A stretch of 64,000 nucleotides of DNA from Escherichia phage KEP2, in sequence record PP047752. The stretch is one strand, 5' to 3'. Position 1 is the stretch's first letter. Each line of letters starts with the position of its first letter. Position numbers and translations under genes: made by a program. Below, one piece after another: positions 43,364 to 53,447 of this stretch. The notes under the pieces are model-generated. The model ran no database searches. It was not told the DNA's origin and saw nothing but the letters and a program-made list of their open reading frames with translations.

Positions 43364-44107
43364 ATGAGTAATATTATTGCATTTACTGGAAAGGCACGTT
43401 CTGGAAAAGACACCTCATGTTCTATTGTTAAGAATATTTTAGAAGATGAGTATGGCTACAATGTTGCAGTAATGGCATATGCAGACAACCTTAAGCTATC
43501 TGCATCAAAGATATTTGACCTGACTTGGAATGACCTGTACGGTGAAACTAAAGAGACTCCACAGGTCTTTGATTTATCATACTCTGAACTTATGACTAAA
43601 GTTACGGAAGCTATGGAGTTCACCTTCAGAGATGAACGTTACCATATGGACTTTAAGCTTATGTCAGAGTTAACCGGACGACTAATCATGGAACTTAAGA
43701 AGGTTGCTAAACCGACTCTATTGACACGTCTGGGATTTAGCAAAAAGTATAAATTCTCATCAAGACAAATTCAACAGATTTGGGGCACTGAAGTAATCCG
43801 TAAAGTCATGGGTGACAAGTTCTGGTCTAAAGACCTTGAAAAAAGGATGGTAAACTTCTTTGACGTTTGCTCACTTAGGAATCAAGAAGGTGTTGTTTTA
43901 ATCAGTGACTTAAGGTTTGACTCTGAAGCTGAGTGGCTGAGTAGATTTGCACACCAAACTATTGAAGTAAAAAGAGACAATGTGGACAAGGTTTCATCAC
44001 ATGTTTCAGAAAATGGAATTTCTACCAAATATGCGCGTGACATTATCCATAATAATGGTACTCTTGAAGACCTTGAAAGCAAGCTAAGAGCTATCCTGAA
44101 AATTTAA
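43364..44107 (+). CDS. P-loop kinase, probable deoxynucleoside monophosphate kinase
   Basis: N-terminal Walker A IIAFTGKARSGKDT. Confidence 0.45.
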   Translation: MSNIIAFTGKARSGKDTSCSIVKNILEDEYGYNVAVMAYADNLKLSASKIFDLTWNDLYGETKETPQVFDLSYSELMTKVTEAMEFTFRDERYHMDFKLMSELTGRLIMELKKVAKPTLLTRLGFSKKYKFSSRQIQQIWGTEVIRKVMGDKFWSKDLEKRMVNFFDVCSLRNQEGVVLISDLRFDSEAEWLSRFAHQTIEVKRDNVDKVSSHVSENGISTKYARDIIHNNGTLEDLESKLRAILKI

Positions 44108-44115
44108 AAGAGAGA

Positions 44116-44316
44116 ATGAAGATGAGAGTAAAAGATAATTTTAAAGTTATTGACCATCGTTTAGTGGAACTCTCATCTCTTTCCGATGAGGTAATGATTG
44201 AACGTCTTAAGAGAGTTGAATCACGAAGGAAAGAGATTGCAGATGAAATTCATGAACTGGACAAGATTGAAAACGGATTGAAGGCAGAACTACAACGAAG
44301 AGGTGCTAATGTCTAA
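44116..44316 (+). CDS. hypothetical small coiled-coil protein
   Basis: 66-aa ORF. Confidence 0.35.
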   Translation: MKMRVKDNFKVIDHRLVELSSLSDEVMIERLKRVESRRKEIADEIHELDKIENGLKAELQRRGANV

Positions 44317-46294
44317 AGGTCGTAAATTGAAAGAGGCTGGTCAGTTTATTGGTCATTGTGCATGTCCACGTTGTGGTTCATCAGATGCTGGTTCAATCTA
44401 CCATCATGACGATGATTCTTATTCGATGACTTGCTTTAGCTGTAACAAAGGTTTCCCAGAGTGGGATTTTGATAAAGGACAAATCGTGAGCACTTATTCT
44501 ACTGGTTCAGATAATAAAAGCCGTACTTTCCGTGGAATGGATTTAGACGATGTAAAAGAAAACCTAGAAGCAATGGACTTGAAAGACAGGAAGATTCCTG
44601 CAAAAGTCCTTGAACGTTTAGGTATCAAGGTTGATATTGATAGCGACGGTGAAATTGATGCACATTTCTATCCAACTTACAAACGTAATGAAGATGGCAA
44701 GCTAGAACATGTTGGCTATCGTGTTCGTCACCGTTACCCAGAAGACCATCCAAAAGAACACCTACGTGGTAAACTAAAAGACTTTTCAGGTGGTGTTGGG
44801 GACATTAAAGGTGAACTGGCAATGTTCGGTTCATGGATTGCTCCAGAAGGTGGTAACCGTCTATTCATTTGGGAAGGTGAGATGGAATGTGCCACAGCAA
44901 TCTACATGACTTCTCTGGCGATTAAAGATAAGTCTCGTCGTAAGAATTACTGTCACGTATCTGTTCCATCAGGTGCAAACATTAAGTCTATCAAAGACAA
45001 CTATCAGTACATTACATCATTTGATGAGATTTACTTGTGCTTTGATAACGATGAAGCAGGTGCTAAAGCTACCAAAGAGGCTGCTGGCATCCTACCTATT
45101 GAGAAGGTTCGTTTATTCCAGTATCCAGAAGGTGTAAAAGACCTTAACGAATGGTGGACAAAGTTCTATAAAGAGAAAGACACAGTTCTGGAAGGATTTA
45201 AACAGCGTATCTACAACGCACCTCGTTACTGTCCTGCTGGTATCAAGAACTTCGCAGATGGTTTTGAGGCAATGAAGAATCGTGGTCAGATTCCTTTGAT
45301 TCCTTTCCCAGAATCTTTCGGTGATTTGAACAGGTTGACTTATGGTGGTTATGGTTTAGGTGAGATTACAACTCTGGCAGCACCATCTTCAGTAGGTAAA
45401 TCAGCGTACACCCGTGAAATGATTTACACTGCTTGGAAGGAAACCGATTATAATATTGGTGTAATTCCTGTAGAAGATACCTATGAAGAGTTGATGGAGA
45501 TGCTCTGTGCAATTCATCTAAGCAAGCAGATTTCTGAGATTCCTTATGACGAACGTGATTGGGATGAATTGAAGGAAGCACACGCAGAACTATCTAAAGG
45601 CCGTCGTATCCATATCGTTGACCATCAAGGGGCAATTGACCAAGATAACCTACTGGAATTTGTTGACTATCTTGTTAACAGCTTAGATTGCAAGATTATC
45701 ATTCTTGACCCTATCACGTTAGCTCTGTCACGTTCAGATACGGATGAAGAGGAAGTTTTGTCTGAGCTATTGCGTCGTTGCAAACGCTACCAGTATGCAC
45801 AGGTAAACGTATGTCACGTTCGTAAGAGTGCAGGTGGTCAAAAAGCTAACTCTGAAGGTGGAGATATCTCTGAAGAGGATATTAAGGGTTCTGGTGCATA
45901 CTTCCAGATTTCCATGAACAACATTCTGTTAATGCGTAACAAGGTTGACCCAGACCCAGTTAAGAAAAACTTGACAAAAATCAAGTTAACTAAGTGTCGT
46001 CGTCATGGTAAGTCAACAGGTATTGCTGGTCATACTTGGTACAATCCAGATACAGGACGTCTTATCAAAGCTTCTGGATGTGGTGTTGACATTGATGGTG
46101 CAGCAGAAAATATTCGTCAACAGTTTGGTATTGGTGAAGCTGAGGACCATTACGATGACTCTTTACCTCATTATGAGGATGAAGTGTTTGACCGTGAGAC
46201 TGGTGAAGTCTATACTGAAGAACAGCGTCAAAGTTCAACAATTCCACCTGTATTAAGCGAGGATGCCGATGACTGCCCGTTCGAAACTGAGTGA
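44303..46294 (+). CDS. DNA primase-helicase (zinc finger, toprim and DnaB-like helicase)
   Basis: CPRCGSSD…CFSCNKG zinc finger, CFDNDEAG toprim-like, Walker A AAPSSVGKSAYT. Confidence 0.8.
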   Translation: MLMSKGRKLKEAGQFIGHCACPRCGSSDAGSIYHHDDDSYSMTCFSCNKGFPEWDFDKGQIVSTYSTGSDNKSRTFRGMDLDDVKENLEAMDLKDRKIPAKVLERLGIKVDIDSDGEIDAHFYPTYKRNEDGKLEHVGYRVRHRYPEDHPKEHLRGKLKDFSGGVGDIKGELAMFGSWIAPEGGNRLFIWEGEMECATAIYMTSLAIKDKSRRKNYCHVSVPSGANIKSIKDNYQYITSFDEIYLCFDNDEAGAKATKEAAGILPIEKVRLFQYPEGVKDLNEWWTKFYKEKDTVLEGFKQRIYNAPRYCPAGIKNFADGFEAMKNRGQIPLIPFPESFGDLNRLTYGGYGLGEITTLAAPSSVGKSAYTREMIYTAWKETDYNIGVIPVEDTYEELMEMLCAIHLSKQISEIPYDERDWDELKEAHAELSKGRRIHIVDHQGAIDQDNLLEFVDYLVNSLDCKIIILDPITLALSRSDTDEEEVLSELLRRCKRYQYAQVNVCHVRKSAGGQKANSEGGDISEEDIKGSGAYFQISMNNILLMRNKVDPDPVKKNLTKIKLTKCRRHGKSTGIAGHTWYNPDTGRLIKASGCGVDIDGAAENIRQQFGIGEAEDHYDDSLPHYEDEVFDRETGEVYTEEQRQSSTIPPVLSEDADDCPFETE

Positions 46295-46550
46295 TAGTTA
46301 TAAAAGAGAGGGGTTTATACCCTTCTTTGAAGAAAAAAGTTTAAATGAATTTCAGGAAGAGTGTTTGACAAAGATTGATAGGTTCTATAGAATGCTCTAC
46401 ATGAAATGTGATGGAGGTGTTGAGGTAGAAGAAAAGTTCCATCACAGTATAATCACAGTCACCATTACTATACCTGAGCATAATATTGGCTGGCTCTTTG
46501 TAATAAAAGAAAATGTGTTTGAATATCAAGTATATCGGAGAATATCATGA
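46263..46550 (+). CDS. hypothetical protein
   Basis: 95-aa ORF overlapping helicase 3' end. Confidence 0.3.
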   Translation: MPMTARSKLSDSYKREGFIPFFEEKSLNEFQEECLTKIDRFYRMLYMKCDGGVEVEEKFHHSIITVTITIPEHNIGWLFVIKENVFEYQVYRRIS

Positions 46551-46703
46551 AACACTCTAAAGCATTTGAAAAAGTTTTTGGGGATTCCTTAAAAGCCACT
46601 GCTGGCAAACCAGCAAAATACTATGAAGAGAAGCGTGTAAGAACTGGAAAAACTGCACGTAAAGCAGCTTCTAAAGATAAGCACAACTTCCAGTAATTAA
46701 TGT

Positions 46704-46732
46704 TTGACAATAGAGTATCAACAAATTAGAAT
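46704..46732 (+). promoter_or_regulatory. sigma70-like promoter (TTGACA-17-TAGAAT)
   Basis: TTGACA 46704-46709, TAGAAT 46727-46732. Confidence 0.5.
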
Positions 46733-46768
46733 TGGTACTCTTCATAAATTGAGATAGAGGTTTAAATA

Positions 46769-47626
46769 ATGTCTAAAGTTGTTAAAATGAAAGCTCCGGT
46801 AGAGAAGTACAATGGTACTGAACGTCAAACTCTGCGTTACCTTCTGAAAGATGTTTGGTTTTATTACCTGAACACTTCACCACGTCCGGGAAAAGGTAAA
46901 TCCATTGATAAGAAATTCCCAGGAAAAGACTGCAACTATAGTGTTTCAATTCTGGCAGAAGATGGTAACAAGCTGTTTAAAGAGTTCACTAAGTCTAAGA
47001 AAAACCCAGAAGGTTGGGATAAAGTTACTACTGAAGCTGTTGATGCAGATGACTTCGAAGAGAAGTTTGGTTGCAAACCACCTTTTGAAGCAGACACTTA
47101 CTATATCTTGAAAGTAAGTCGTGCAGCAGCTTATAAAGATGGTGCTGTGTGGACAGCTAAACAGTCATTCCCTGTAATGCTGATTGAAGAAGTAAATGGT
47201 AAGCGTGTAGCTGTTAAACAGCCGATGAAGAAAATCAAAGCTCAAGCATCTGATAAGCATGAAGATGACAAGAACTATGATGTAATTCATCCAGATATTG
47301 CAGTTGGTAACGGTTCTTTTGGTAGTGTGATTCTTTCTACTCACTTCTACACCTTTGAGAACAATGTTCTGACAAAACCTATTCAGGAACAGTTTATCAT
47401 TGATACTCTTGTACCTTACACTGGTGGTAACGGTGCTAATGGCGAACCTGAACTGGATGAAGACGAACTGGCTATGCTTGGTCTTGATGGTGTTGAAGAT
47501 AACGGTGAAATCACTGAAGAAGATGCAAAAGACCACAAACCTTCGAATGATTCTGATGATGGTGACGATGAAGACTTGCCAGACCCAGATGACGAAGAAG
47601 ATGAAGACTTCGATACAGAAGACTAA
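46769..47626 (+). CDS. acidic-tailed protein, candidate single-stranded DNA-binding protein
   Basis: C-terminal DDGDDEDLPDPDDEEDEDFDTED tail; replication-module context. Confidence 0.35.
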   Translation: MSKVVKMKAPVEKYNGTERQTLRYLLKDVWFYYLNTSPRPGKGKSIDKKFPGKDCNYSVSILAEDGNKLFKEFTKSKKNPEGWDKVTTEAVDADDFEEKFGCKPPFEADTYYILKVSRAAAYKDGAVWTAKQSFPVMLIEEVNGKRVAVKQPMKKIKAQASDKHEDDKNYDVIHPDIAVGNGSFGSVILSTHFYTFENNVLTKPIQEQFIIDTLVPYTGGNGANGEPELDEDELAMLGLDGVEDNGEITEEDAKDHKPSNDSDDGDDEDLPDPDDEEDEDFDTED

Positions 47627-47687
47627 TCTCTAAAAGTTACTTTAAAGCCCTGTACTTAGTATGGGGCTTTTCATATGGAGAGTCACA

Positions 47688-48728
47688 ATGGAGAAGTATA
47701 CGCTAACAAAACTTCCCGATTCAGTTACACATGTCTTTATTGACTCTGATAGTATTGCCTATAAAGGTGCTTGTGTAGTTGAGAAAGCAAAATATAAATA
47801 TGTCAATAAACTCACAGCAGAAGAATCTGAACCATTTGATAATGCAAAAGATGCTGCAAGATGGTTAGCAGACCAGAGAATCCTTGTAGAAGAGCTTGGC
47901 CTAGCATTTGATGAAGATGAATGGGAAAGACAGACTTGGAAAGAAACTAAGAGTGAAAAAGAAGCTATAATGGCGACTCAGCAGGTTCTTCAGGAATGGC
48001 TTAAGGTTGTTGGTAAAGAAAGAACTTGGGTAGGTTACTTAACAGAGAAGGGTGTACATAAACATAAAGACATTAAAGGTCTTGAGCACCAATATCAAGG
48101 TAACCGTAAAGAGGCTATCACACCAACACACTTAGTTGCTTGTCGTGAATATCTTTTATCCAGACCAGAGTTCAAGCTCTTAAAGGGAGGCTTCGAAGCC
48201 GATTCCATCGTAATTGCTAAAGCTGAAAAGATGGGTAAGAAGGCTGCTCTTATGAGTATTGACAAAGACCTTCGACAAGCTGAAGGGACTTATTGTATTG
48301 ATATGACTTATGAAAAGTCACCACTAATTTTTATTGCTGATAATAATGTTGGTGATATCTGGGATTGTCCTATCAAATCAAAACCAAAAGCTGCAAAAAC
48401 AGTTGGTGTAGGTTTTAAATTCTTGTGTTATCAGGCTGTTGCTGGAGATAATGCAGATAACTACTTCGGCCTCAAAGGTGCTGGCAAAGTAGCTGTGATG
48501 AAGGCTTTAGATGGTAAAGAGACCTATAAAGAGTGCCTTGATGCTATCTATGAACTCTATGCTAAAAAAGAGTCTTATACCTATGTATCGTGGGATGGAC
48601 AGACTGTTACCAAAACACCATTAGAGTTAATGGAACAGCATTTCTGGATAGCATATCAAGAGAGAAATCCAAAAGATAATTTCTCTTTTAAGAAATATAA
48701 TTGGGAGCCGTGTATGAATGAAGATTAA
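47688..48728 (+). CDS. flap endonuclease / 5'-3' exonuclease
   Basis: H3TH-like AGDNADNYFGLKGAGKVA and N-terminal VFIDSDS acidic cluster; start moved to ATG 47688 with RBS. Confidence 0.6.
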   Translation: MEKYTLTKLPDSVTHVFIDSDSIAYKGACVVEKAKYKYVNKLTAEESEPFDNAKDAARWLADQRILVEELGLAFDEDEWERQTWKETKSEKEAIMATQQVLQEWLKVVGKERTWVGYLTEKGVHKHKDIKGLEHQYQGNRKEAITPTHLVACREYLLSRPEFKLLKGGFEADSIVIAKAEKMGKKAALMSIDKDLRQAEGTYCIDMTYEKSPLIFIADNNVGDIWDCPIKSKPKAAKTVGVGFKFLCYQAVAGDNADNYFGLKGAGKVAVMKALDGKETYKECLDAIYELYAKKESYTYVSWDGQTVTKTPLELMEQHFWIAYQERNPKDNFSFKKYNWEPCMNED

Positions 48729-49215
48729 AGGATTTGGCAATTGTCCTACCTATGGTCATTGGGTATCTTTATGTGGGGAAGTTGACCCCACTAAACATTT
48801 TGGTTTTGTCTATTTAGTACACTGTAAGAAGACCGGACAATATTATATTGGAAAGAAACAGCTTAATAGTGTGACCAAAAGAAAAGTTGCTGGCAAGACT
48901 CGGAAGAAGGTAGTCACTAAGGAGAGTGATTGGATGACTTATGAGACTTCTTCTGAGTATATTAAAAAAGATATTGAGAGCTTTGGAAAAGAATTTTTTG
49001 ACTTTTACATTATCCAAACCTACTACACGAAAGGTGGTCTAGTTTATGGTGAAGCAAACCTCCAACATAAATTCGATGTAATGACAAAAAGGATTGACTC
49101 TAAGCTCAGACTCTTCTACAATGCCAATATTGCAGCAATTAAGTTTATCACTAAAGAAACTTATGAAGATGCTGAAAAAAGAATCCATAAGGTAATGAAA
49201 GCAAATTGTGCTTGA
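48718..49215 (+). CDS. GIY-YIG-like nuclease
   Basis: FGFVYLVHCKKTGQYYIGKK resembles GIY-(10-11)-YIG motif. Confidence 0.4.
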   Translation: MKIKGFGNCPTYGHWVSLCGEVDPTKHFGFVYLVHCKKTGQYYIGKKQLNSVTKRKVAGKTRKKVVTKESDWMTYETSSEYIKKDIESFGKEFFDFYIIQTYYTKGGLVYGEANLQHKFDVMTKRIDSKLRLFYNANIAAIKFITKETYEDAEKRIHKVMKANCA

Positions 49216-49221
49216 TAACTA

Positions 49222-49467
49222 TTGAGAGAGAATAAAATGTTTAACAAAAGTAAAGCTGTGAGTCATGTAGCAAAGGTTGACAGCAAGACTGAAGAACTTG
49301 AGCGCATTCTTGCAAATGCCAGAGAGTCAATAATTAAAGAAGTTGAAGCCGTTGAATCTCAAATGCAGCACCTAATGCTTAAACGTCAAGAGTTACGTGA
49401 GCATCTGGAATATATTGAAACACGAGAGCTAAAAGTTAACAGATTTTTAAGGAGTCCGAATGTTTAA
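49222..49467 (+). CDS. hypothetical coiled-coil protein
   Basis: 81-aa ORF. Confidence 0.4.
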   Translation: MRENKMFNKSKAVSHVAKVDSKTEELERILANARESIIKEVEAVESQMQHLMLKRQELREHLEYIETRELKVNRFLRSPNV

Positions 49468-50215
49468 CTCAAGAGAATCAGTAAAAAACTGGAATCTTCG
49501 TTGCGGAAACACCCAAAAGCAACCTTACAGTGATGAGTATTGGGAATCTTTGAAATCCCAGTCTCTGTGTATGCTTGAAGAAGCGAAAGAGCTTGTAAAA
49601 GCAATTGAAGAGAAAGACCCCATTGAGACATTGGATGCTCAGGCAGATTTGCAATATGTTCTTGATGGTCTAATTTATCTGTCACAACATGACCACAATG
49701 GTGCTATGGAAGCTGTTTGCCATAATAATGACCTGAAGTACACAGATGACTATGAAGAAGCTTTAAAACGTCTTGCAGATATTGAGAAGCGTACTAGTCA
49801 AGAGTGTATTATCAGAATGTCAGTGGTTGATGGTAAAGAGTGGTATGCGATTGTCCGTGCAGCAGATGGGAAGATTATGAAGCAATCAAATCTCCCTAAA
49901 GTACAGCTTGGTGAATACATTGTAGAGCTTGAAAGCCAAGAACTTTTTGTGGTAGTATCTGAGACATGCGTTATCTGCAAAGGTATTGTAGGTAGCTTAA
50001 AGGATTTGGGTGTAGATGGTTTTGTAGAAGTTAATCCAATTACCTCTAAAGCAGATAAAGATTTCTGTAAAGAGAATGGACTATGGATTGCAGATATTGT
50101 CTACTACGATGGTGAGCAGTTCCATGTAACCTCATACCCGAAACTGAATTATGATGCTAATAACCTGAAGTGCTGGTTAAAAGGGGTTGGTTATAATGGA
50201 TTCACAGAACATTAA
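49460..50215 (+). CDS. hypothetical protein, possible MazG-like N-terminal domain
   Basis: 251 aa; helical acidic N-terminal region. Confidence 0.3.
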   Translation: MFNSRESVKNWNLRCGNTQKQPYSDEYWESLKSQSLCMLEEAKELVKAIEEKDPIETLDAQADLQYVLDGLIYLSQHDHNGAMEAVCHNNDLKYTDDYEEALKRLADIEKRTSQECIIRMSVVDGKEWYAIVRAADGKIMKQSNLPKVQLGEYIVELESQELFVVVSETCVICKGIVGSLKDLGVDGFVEVNPITSKADKDFCKENGLWIADIVYYDGEQFHVTSYPKLNYDANNLKCWLKGVGYNGFTEH

Positions 50216-50519
50216 TAAAGAAGGTGTGGCTCAGAAGAGCCACTTCTCAAACTACAATATTTCTATGACGGTGTTTATGTATGACCCGTTACTTGAGAAG
50301 TATGGTGAGACTCCAGATACACTTCTGGATAATGAACAAGTTTTAAAAGCAGTCCTGTACAAATATGGGATTGATATTGAGAAAGAGTATTCCTTTGAAA
50401 TCTGCCAACACAGAAATACTTTTGGTAAAGTTGTGATGGCTCCACTCTTCATGGGTGTAGAAAGAACTGACTATGGTTGGTTATATCTAAAAAGAAACTT
50501 GGAGAAATACCGTGTCTAA
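50187..50519 (+). CDS. hypothetical protein
   Basis: 110-aa ORF. Confidence 0.4.
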   Translation: MVIMDSQNINKEGVAQKSHFSNYNISMTVFMYDPLLEKYGETPDTLLDNEQVLKAVLYKYGIDIEKEYSFEICQHRNTFGKVVMAPLFMGVERTDYGWLYLKRNLEKYRV

Positions 50520-50853
50520 AGCAAAAAAGTTATCTTATGATGACATTATCTCAGGTGCTAAGTTAGGTGTTGACAGTATCGGACAAGACGTTAAGCACGG
50601 AGACACAGTTATGTACTGTGATGACCGAAGAGGGAGAAGTGCAATCTTGTTTGGAAGAATTGTTTGCAAGATGCGAGGTAATTACGTTGTTGCAGACATG
50701 GATGTGAACGTTACACAAAAACTTGAAACACTTATGGATGATAATACATCATCATCATGGTTCTTCCTGAATTGTATGCACACTTCTTCAGTCACAAAAG
50801 TAAGTGATAAGTTTTACGATATGTGGCAGAATGAGCAAATTTTCAAGATTTAA
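50512..50853 (+). CDS. hypothetical protein
   Basis: 113-aa ORF. Confidence 0.4.
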   Translation: MSKAKKLSYDDIISGAKLGVDSIGQDVKHGDTVMYCDDRRGRSAILFGRIVCKMRGNYVVADMDVNVTQKLETLMDDNTSSSWFFLNCMHTSSVTKVSDKFYDMWQNEQIFKI

Positions 50854-50858
50854 ACTAG

Positions 50859-50881
50859 GGAGCCTCTTCGGAGGCTCTTTT
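50859..50881 (+). terminator. rho-independent terminator
   Basis: GAGCCTC-TTCG-GAGGCTC followed by TTTT. Confidence 0.6.
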
Positions 50882-50899
50882 CATCTGTAGGATTCAAAA

Positions 50900-53134
50900 A
50901 TGATTAAGACAATTAAAAAATCAAACGGTACAGTAGTAAACTTTGACCCAGAAAGACTGAATAAGTGGGCATCATGGGCAGATAAGCGTGGTATTATCTG
51001 GTCAGAAGTCACTATGGAAGCCATGAAACGTGTCTATGAAGGTTGCACTACAAAAGAGATGCACCAAGCCATGATTGATGTTTGTGTTGATAAACAAACT
51101 CAAGAGTACTCAGATATGGCTGGACGGCTACTTCTAGGGATTATCTACAAAGAAGCCTTTGGAGGCTTTACTAAGGTTCCTACGCTGGTTACCTTCGTTA
51201 AAAATATGGAGAGAGCAGGACTTTGGGAGAAGATGGACTATTCTCAGGAAGAGCTTGAATACCTGCAAGGGTACATTGTGCACTCAAAAGATATCTCTTA
51301 CGGTTATGCAGTCCTGAAACAGTTCAGAGATAAGTATGGTATCCGTGATATTAAAACGGGAAAACTTTTTGAGTCACCGCAGTTTATGTTTATGGGTATG
51401 GCTATGAAAGCCTTCGAGAAGCAACCAAAGCACCGTAGACTGCAAGATGTTATCAAGCTGTACACTTACCTATCTGACCTGAAGATTAATGCTCCTACAC
51501 CTTATCTGAATGGTTTAAGAGCTACTAAATCAGGTTACGCGTCATGCTGTTTGATTAAGGCAAATGATACTGCTGAATCACTTGGTATTGCTGCAAAGGT
51601 TGCTTATGATATGACTACAAAGCAAGCTGGTATTGGGATGCTGATGGAGACTCGTACTATTGGTGATGGTATCCGTCAAAATACTATTGAGCACATGGGT
51701 AAACTACCTTATTACAAGCTTGTACGTTCATCTGTAGAGGCAAACAAACAAAAGAGCCGTGGTGGTTCAGCTAACAACTTCTACACCGCTCTAGACCCGC
51801 AGATTGAAGATTTACTGCGTTTGAAGCACCCTACAACGGTTCCTTCGAAACGTATTAACGAGATGGACTACTCATTTGGTACAAATGATTATTTCTGGCA
51901 GTGTGTTCAATATGATACAGACTGGTTGCTATTCTCTTACAAGGATGCACCAAAACTCTATGACATGTTCTACACAGCATCTGCTGATGAGTTTGCTATG
52001 GCAGTTGGTCACGCAGTACATTCAGGTGTTAAGCACAGACGGGTGAAGGCTCGTGAAATTGCTAAACTGTTTATCCAGCAGCGTTATGCAACAGGCCGTG
52101 TGTACCCATTCTTCACGAATAATGCAAACACACATACACCATTTAAAGAGCCTTTGAAGATGTCAAATCTTTGTATGGAAATTGTGTTGCCAGTGTACGG
52201 CTTTGAGAAAGAGACAGACCTTTACAGAGATGATGCTGTGAAAGAGGATGGTGAGGTAGCTCTTTGCTTCCTAGCTAGTTTGGTTGCAGGGAGAATTTCA
52301 GAAGATGAATACGCTGACGTTGCTTATTATGCTCTTGCAATGGTTGACTCCGTTATTGACCTTATGGATTATCCGTATCCGTCGATGCGTAACCATGTTC
52401 AGAAGCGTCGTTCTGTTGGTATTGGCCTTACAAATGTGGCTCATTACCTTGCAAAAAATTACGTGAACTACTCTTCAAGAGCAGGTAAGACGAAGCTTCA
52501 TGAGCTTGCTGAAATGCACTCTTACTACTTGCACGAAGCTTCTTTAAGACTTGCTAAAGAACGTGGTGTGCCTGAGTATATGCAGTTCACTAAGTATCCT
52601 GAAGGTTGGGTTCCTCCGAAGACAGCTAACAGGAAGATTGATGAGAAGCATGATGCAAAACTTCGTTATGATTGGGATGACTTAGCACAACGTATTAAAG
52701 AAAATGGTGGAATCCGTAACTCTGTATTAGAAGCTTACATGCCTAATGAGAGTTCTTCACTGGCAACTAATACGACAAACGGATTGTATCCAATTCGTGA
52801 CTTTATTTTAACTAAAAAGTCTGCAACTGGTAACGTACTGTTTATTGTTCCAGACTACGAAGAGTTGAAGTATGTCTATGAAATTGCTTGGGATATTGAC
52901 ACCTTTGACCTGATTGATTGCTATGCAATTGTTCAAAAGTTCACTGGTCAAGCTATCTCTTCAGATTTCTATGTTGACTACGCAAAAGCTAAGAAGGTAT
53001 CATTGGCTCAAGCTTTGAAGTACATGATTTATGCAAACTCAGTAGGTATGAAAACCATGTACTACCTTAACAGTCGCATCGGTGTAGGTAAATCTGCACT
53101 GCAAGATGCTTATTGCGAGGGTTGTGGTGTTTAG
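50900..53134 (+). CDS. nrdA: ribonucleotide reductase class Ia large subunit
   Basis: 744 aa; active-site region NLCMEIVLP; N-terminal ATP-cone-like segment. Confidence 0.9.
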   Translation: MIKTIKKSNGTVVNFDPERLNKWASWADKRGIIWSEVTMEAMKRVYEGCTTKEMHQAMIDVCVDKQTQEYSDMAGRLLLGIIYKEAFGGFTKVPTLVTFVKNMERAGLWEKMDYSQEELEYLQGYIVHSKDISYGYAVLKQFRDKYGIRDIKTGKLFESPQFMFMGMAMKAFEKQPKHRRLQDVIKLYTYLSDLKINAPTPYLNGLRATKSGYASCCLIKANDTAESLGIAAKVAYDMTTKQAGIGMLMETRTIGDGIRQNTIEHMGKLPYYKLVRSSVEANKQKSRGGSANNFYTALDPQIEDLLRLKHPTTVPSKRINEMDYSFGTNDYFWQCVQYDTDWLLFSYKDAPKLYDMFYTASADEFAMAVGHAVHSGVKHRRVKAREIAKLFIQQRYATGRVYPFFTNNANTHTPFKEPLKMSNLCMEIVLPVYGFEKETDLYRDDAVKEDGEVALCFLASLVAGRISEDEYADVAYYALAMVDSVIDLMDYPYPSMRNHVQKRRSVGIGLTNVAHYLAKNYVNYSSRAGKTKLHELAEMHSYYLHEASLRLAKERGVPEYMQFTKYPEGWVPPKTANRKIDEKHDAKLRYDWDDLAQRIKENGGIRNSVLEAYMPNESSSLATNTTNGLYPIRDFILTKKSATGNVLFIVPDYEELKYVYEIAWDIDTFDLIDCYAIVQKFTGQAISSDFYVDYAKAKKVSLAQALKYMIYANSVGMKTMYYLNSRIGVGKSALQDAYCEGCGV

Positions 53135-53189
53135 TTTTAATAACTATGAGGGTCGTAAAAGACCCTCTAAAATTAACTTTGGAGAAACT

Positions 53190-53447
53190 ATGAAAGACCT
53201 AATAGAAAAACATGAGAGGCCAATATACTTATTCTACAAACCCCGCAAAACATTATACTACGTGAGCAGCACAGGCATCATGATAAAGCAGAATGATGAC
53301 TTATGGGTCACTGGAGCCTCTTACATCTCTACAGCAGATGGTAAAATCTACGCAAGACCTTATGAGATGTTCAATGAAGAAAATTGGGAAGTTTTAGACA
53401 GAAAACAAGCCTTAGAGATGATAAAGAAAGGAGAAATCACGCTATGA
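53190..53447 (+). CDS. hypothetical small protein between nrdA and nrdB
   Basis: Internal ATG with RBS (GGAGAAACT) within track ORF 53106..53447. Confidence 0.35.
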   Translation: MKDLIEKHERPIYLFYKPRKTLYYVSSTGIMIKQNDDLWVTGASYISTADGKIYARPYEMFNEENWEVLDRKQALEMIKKGEITL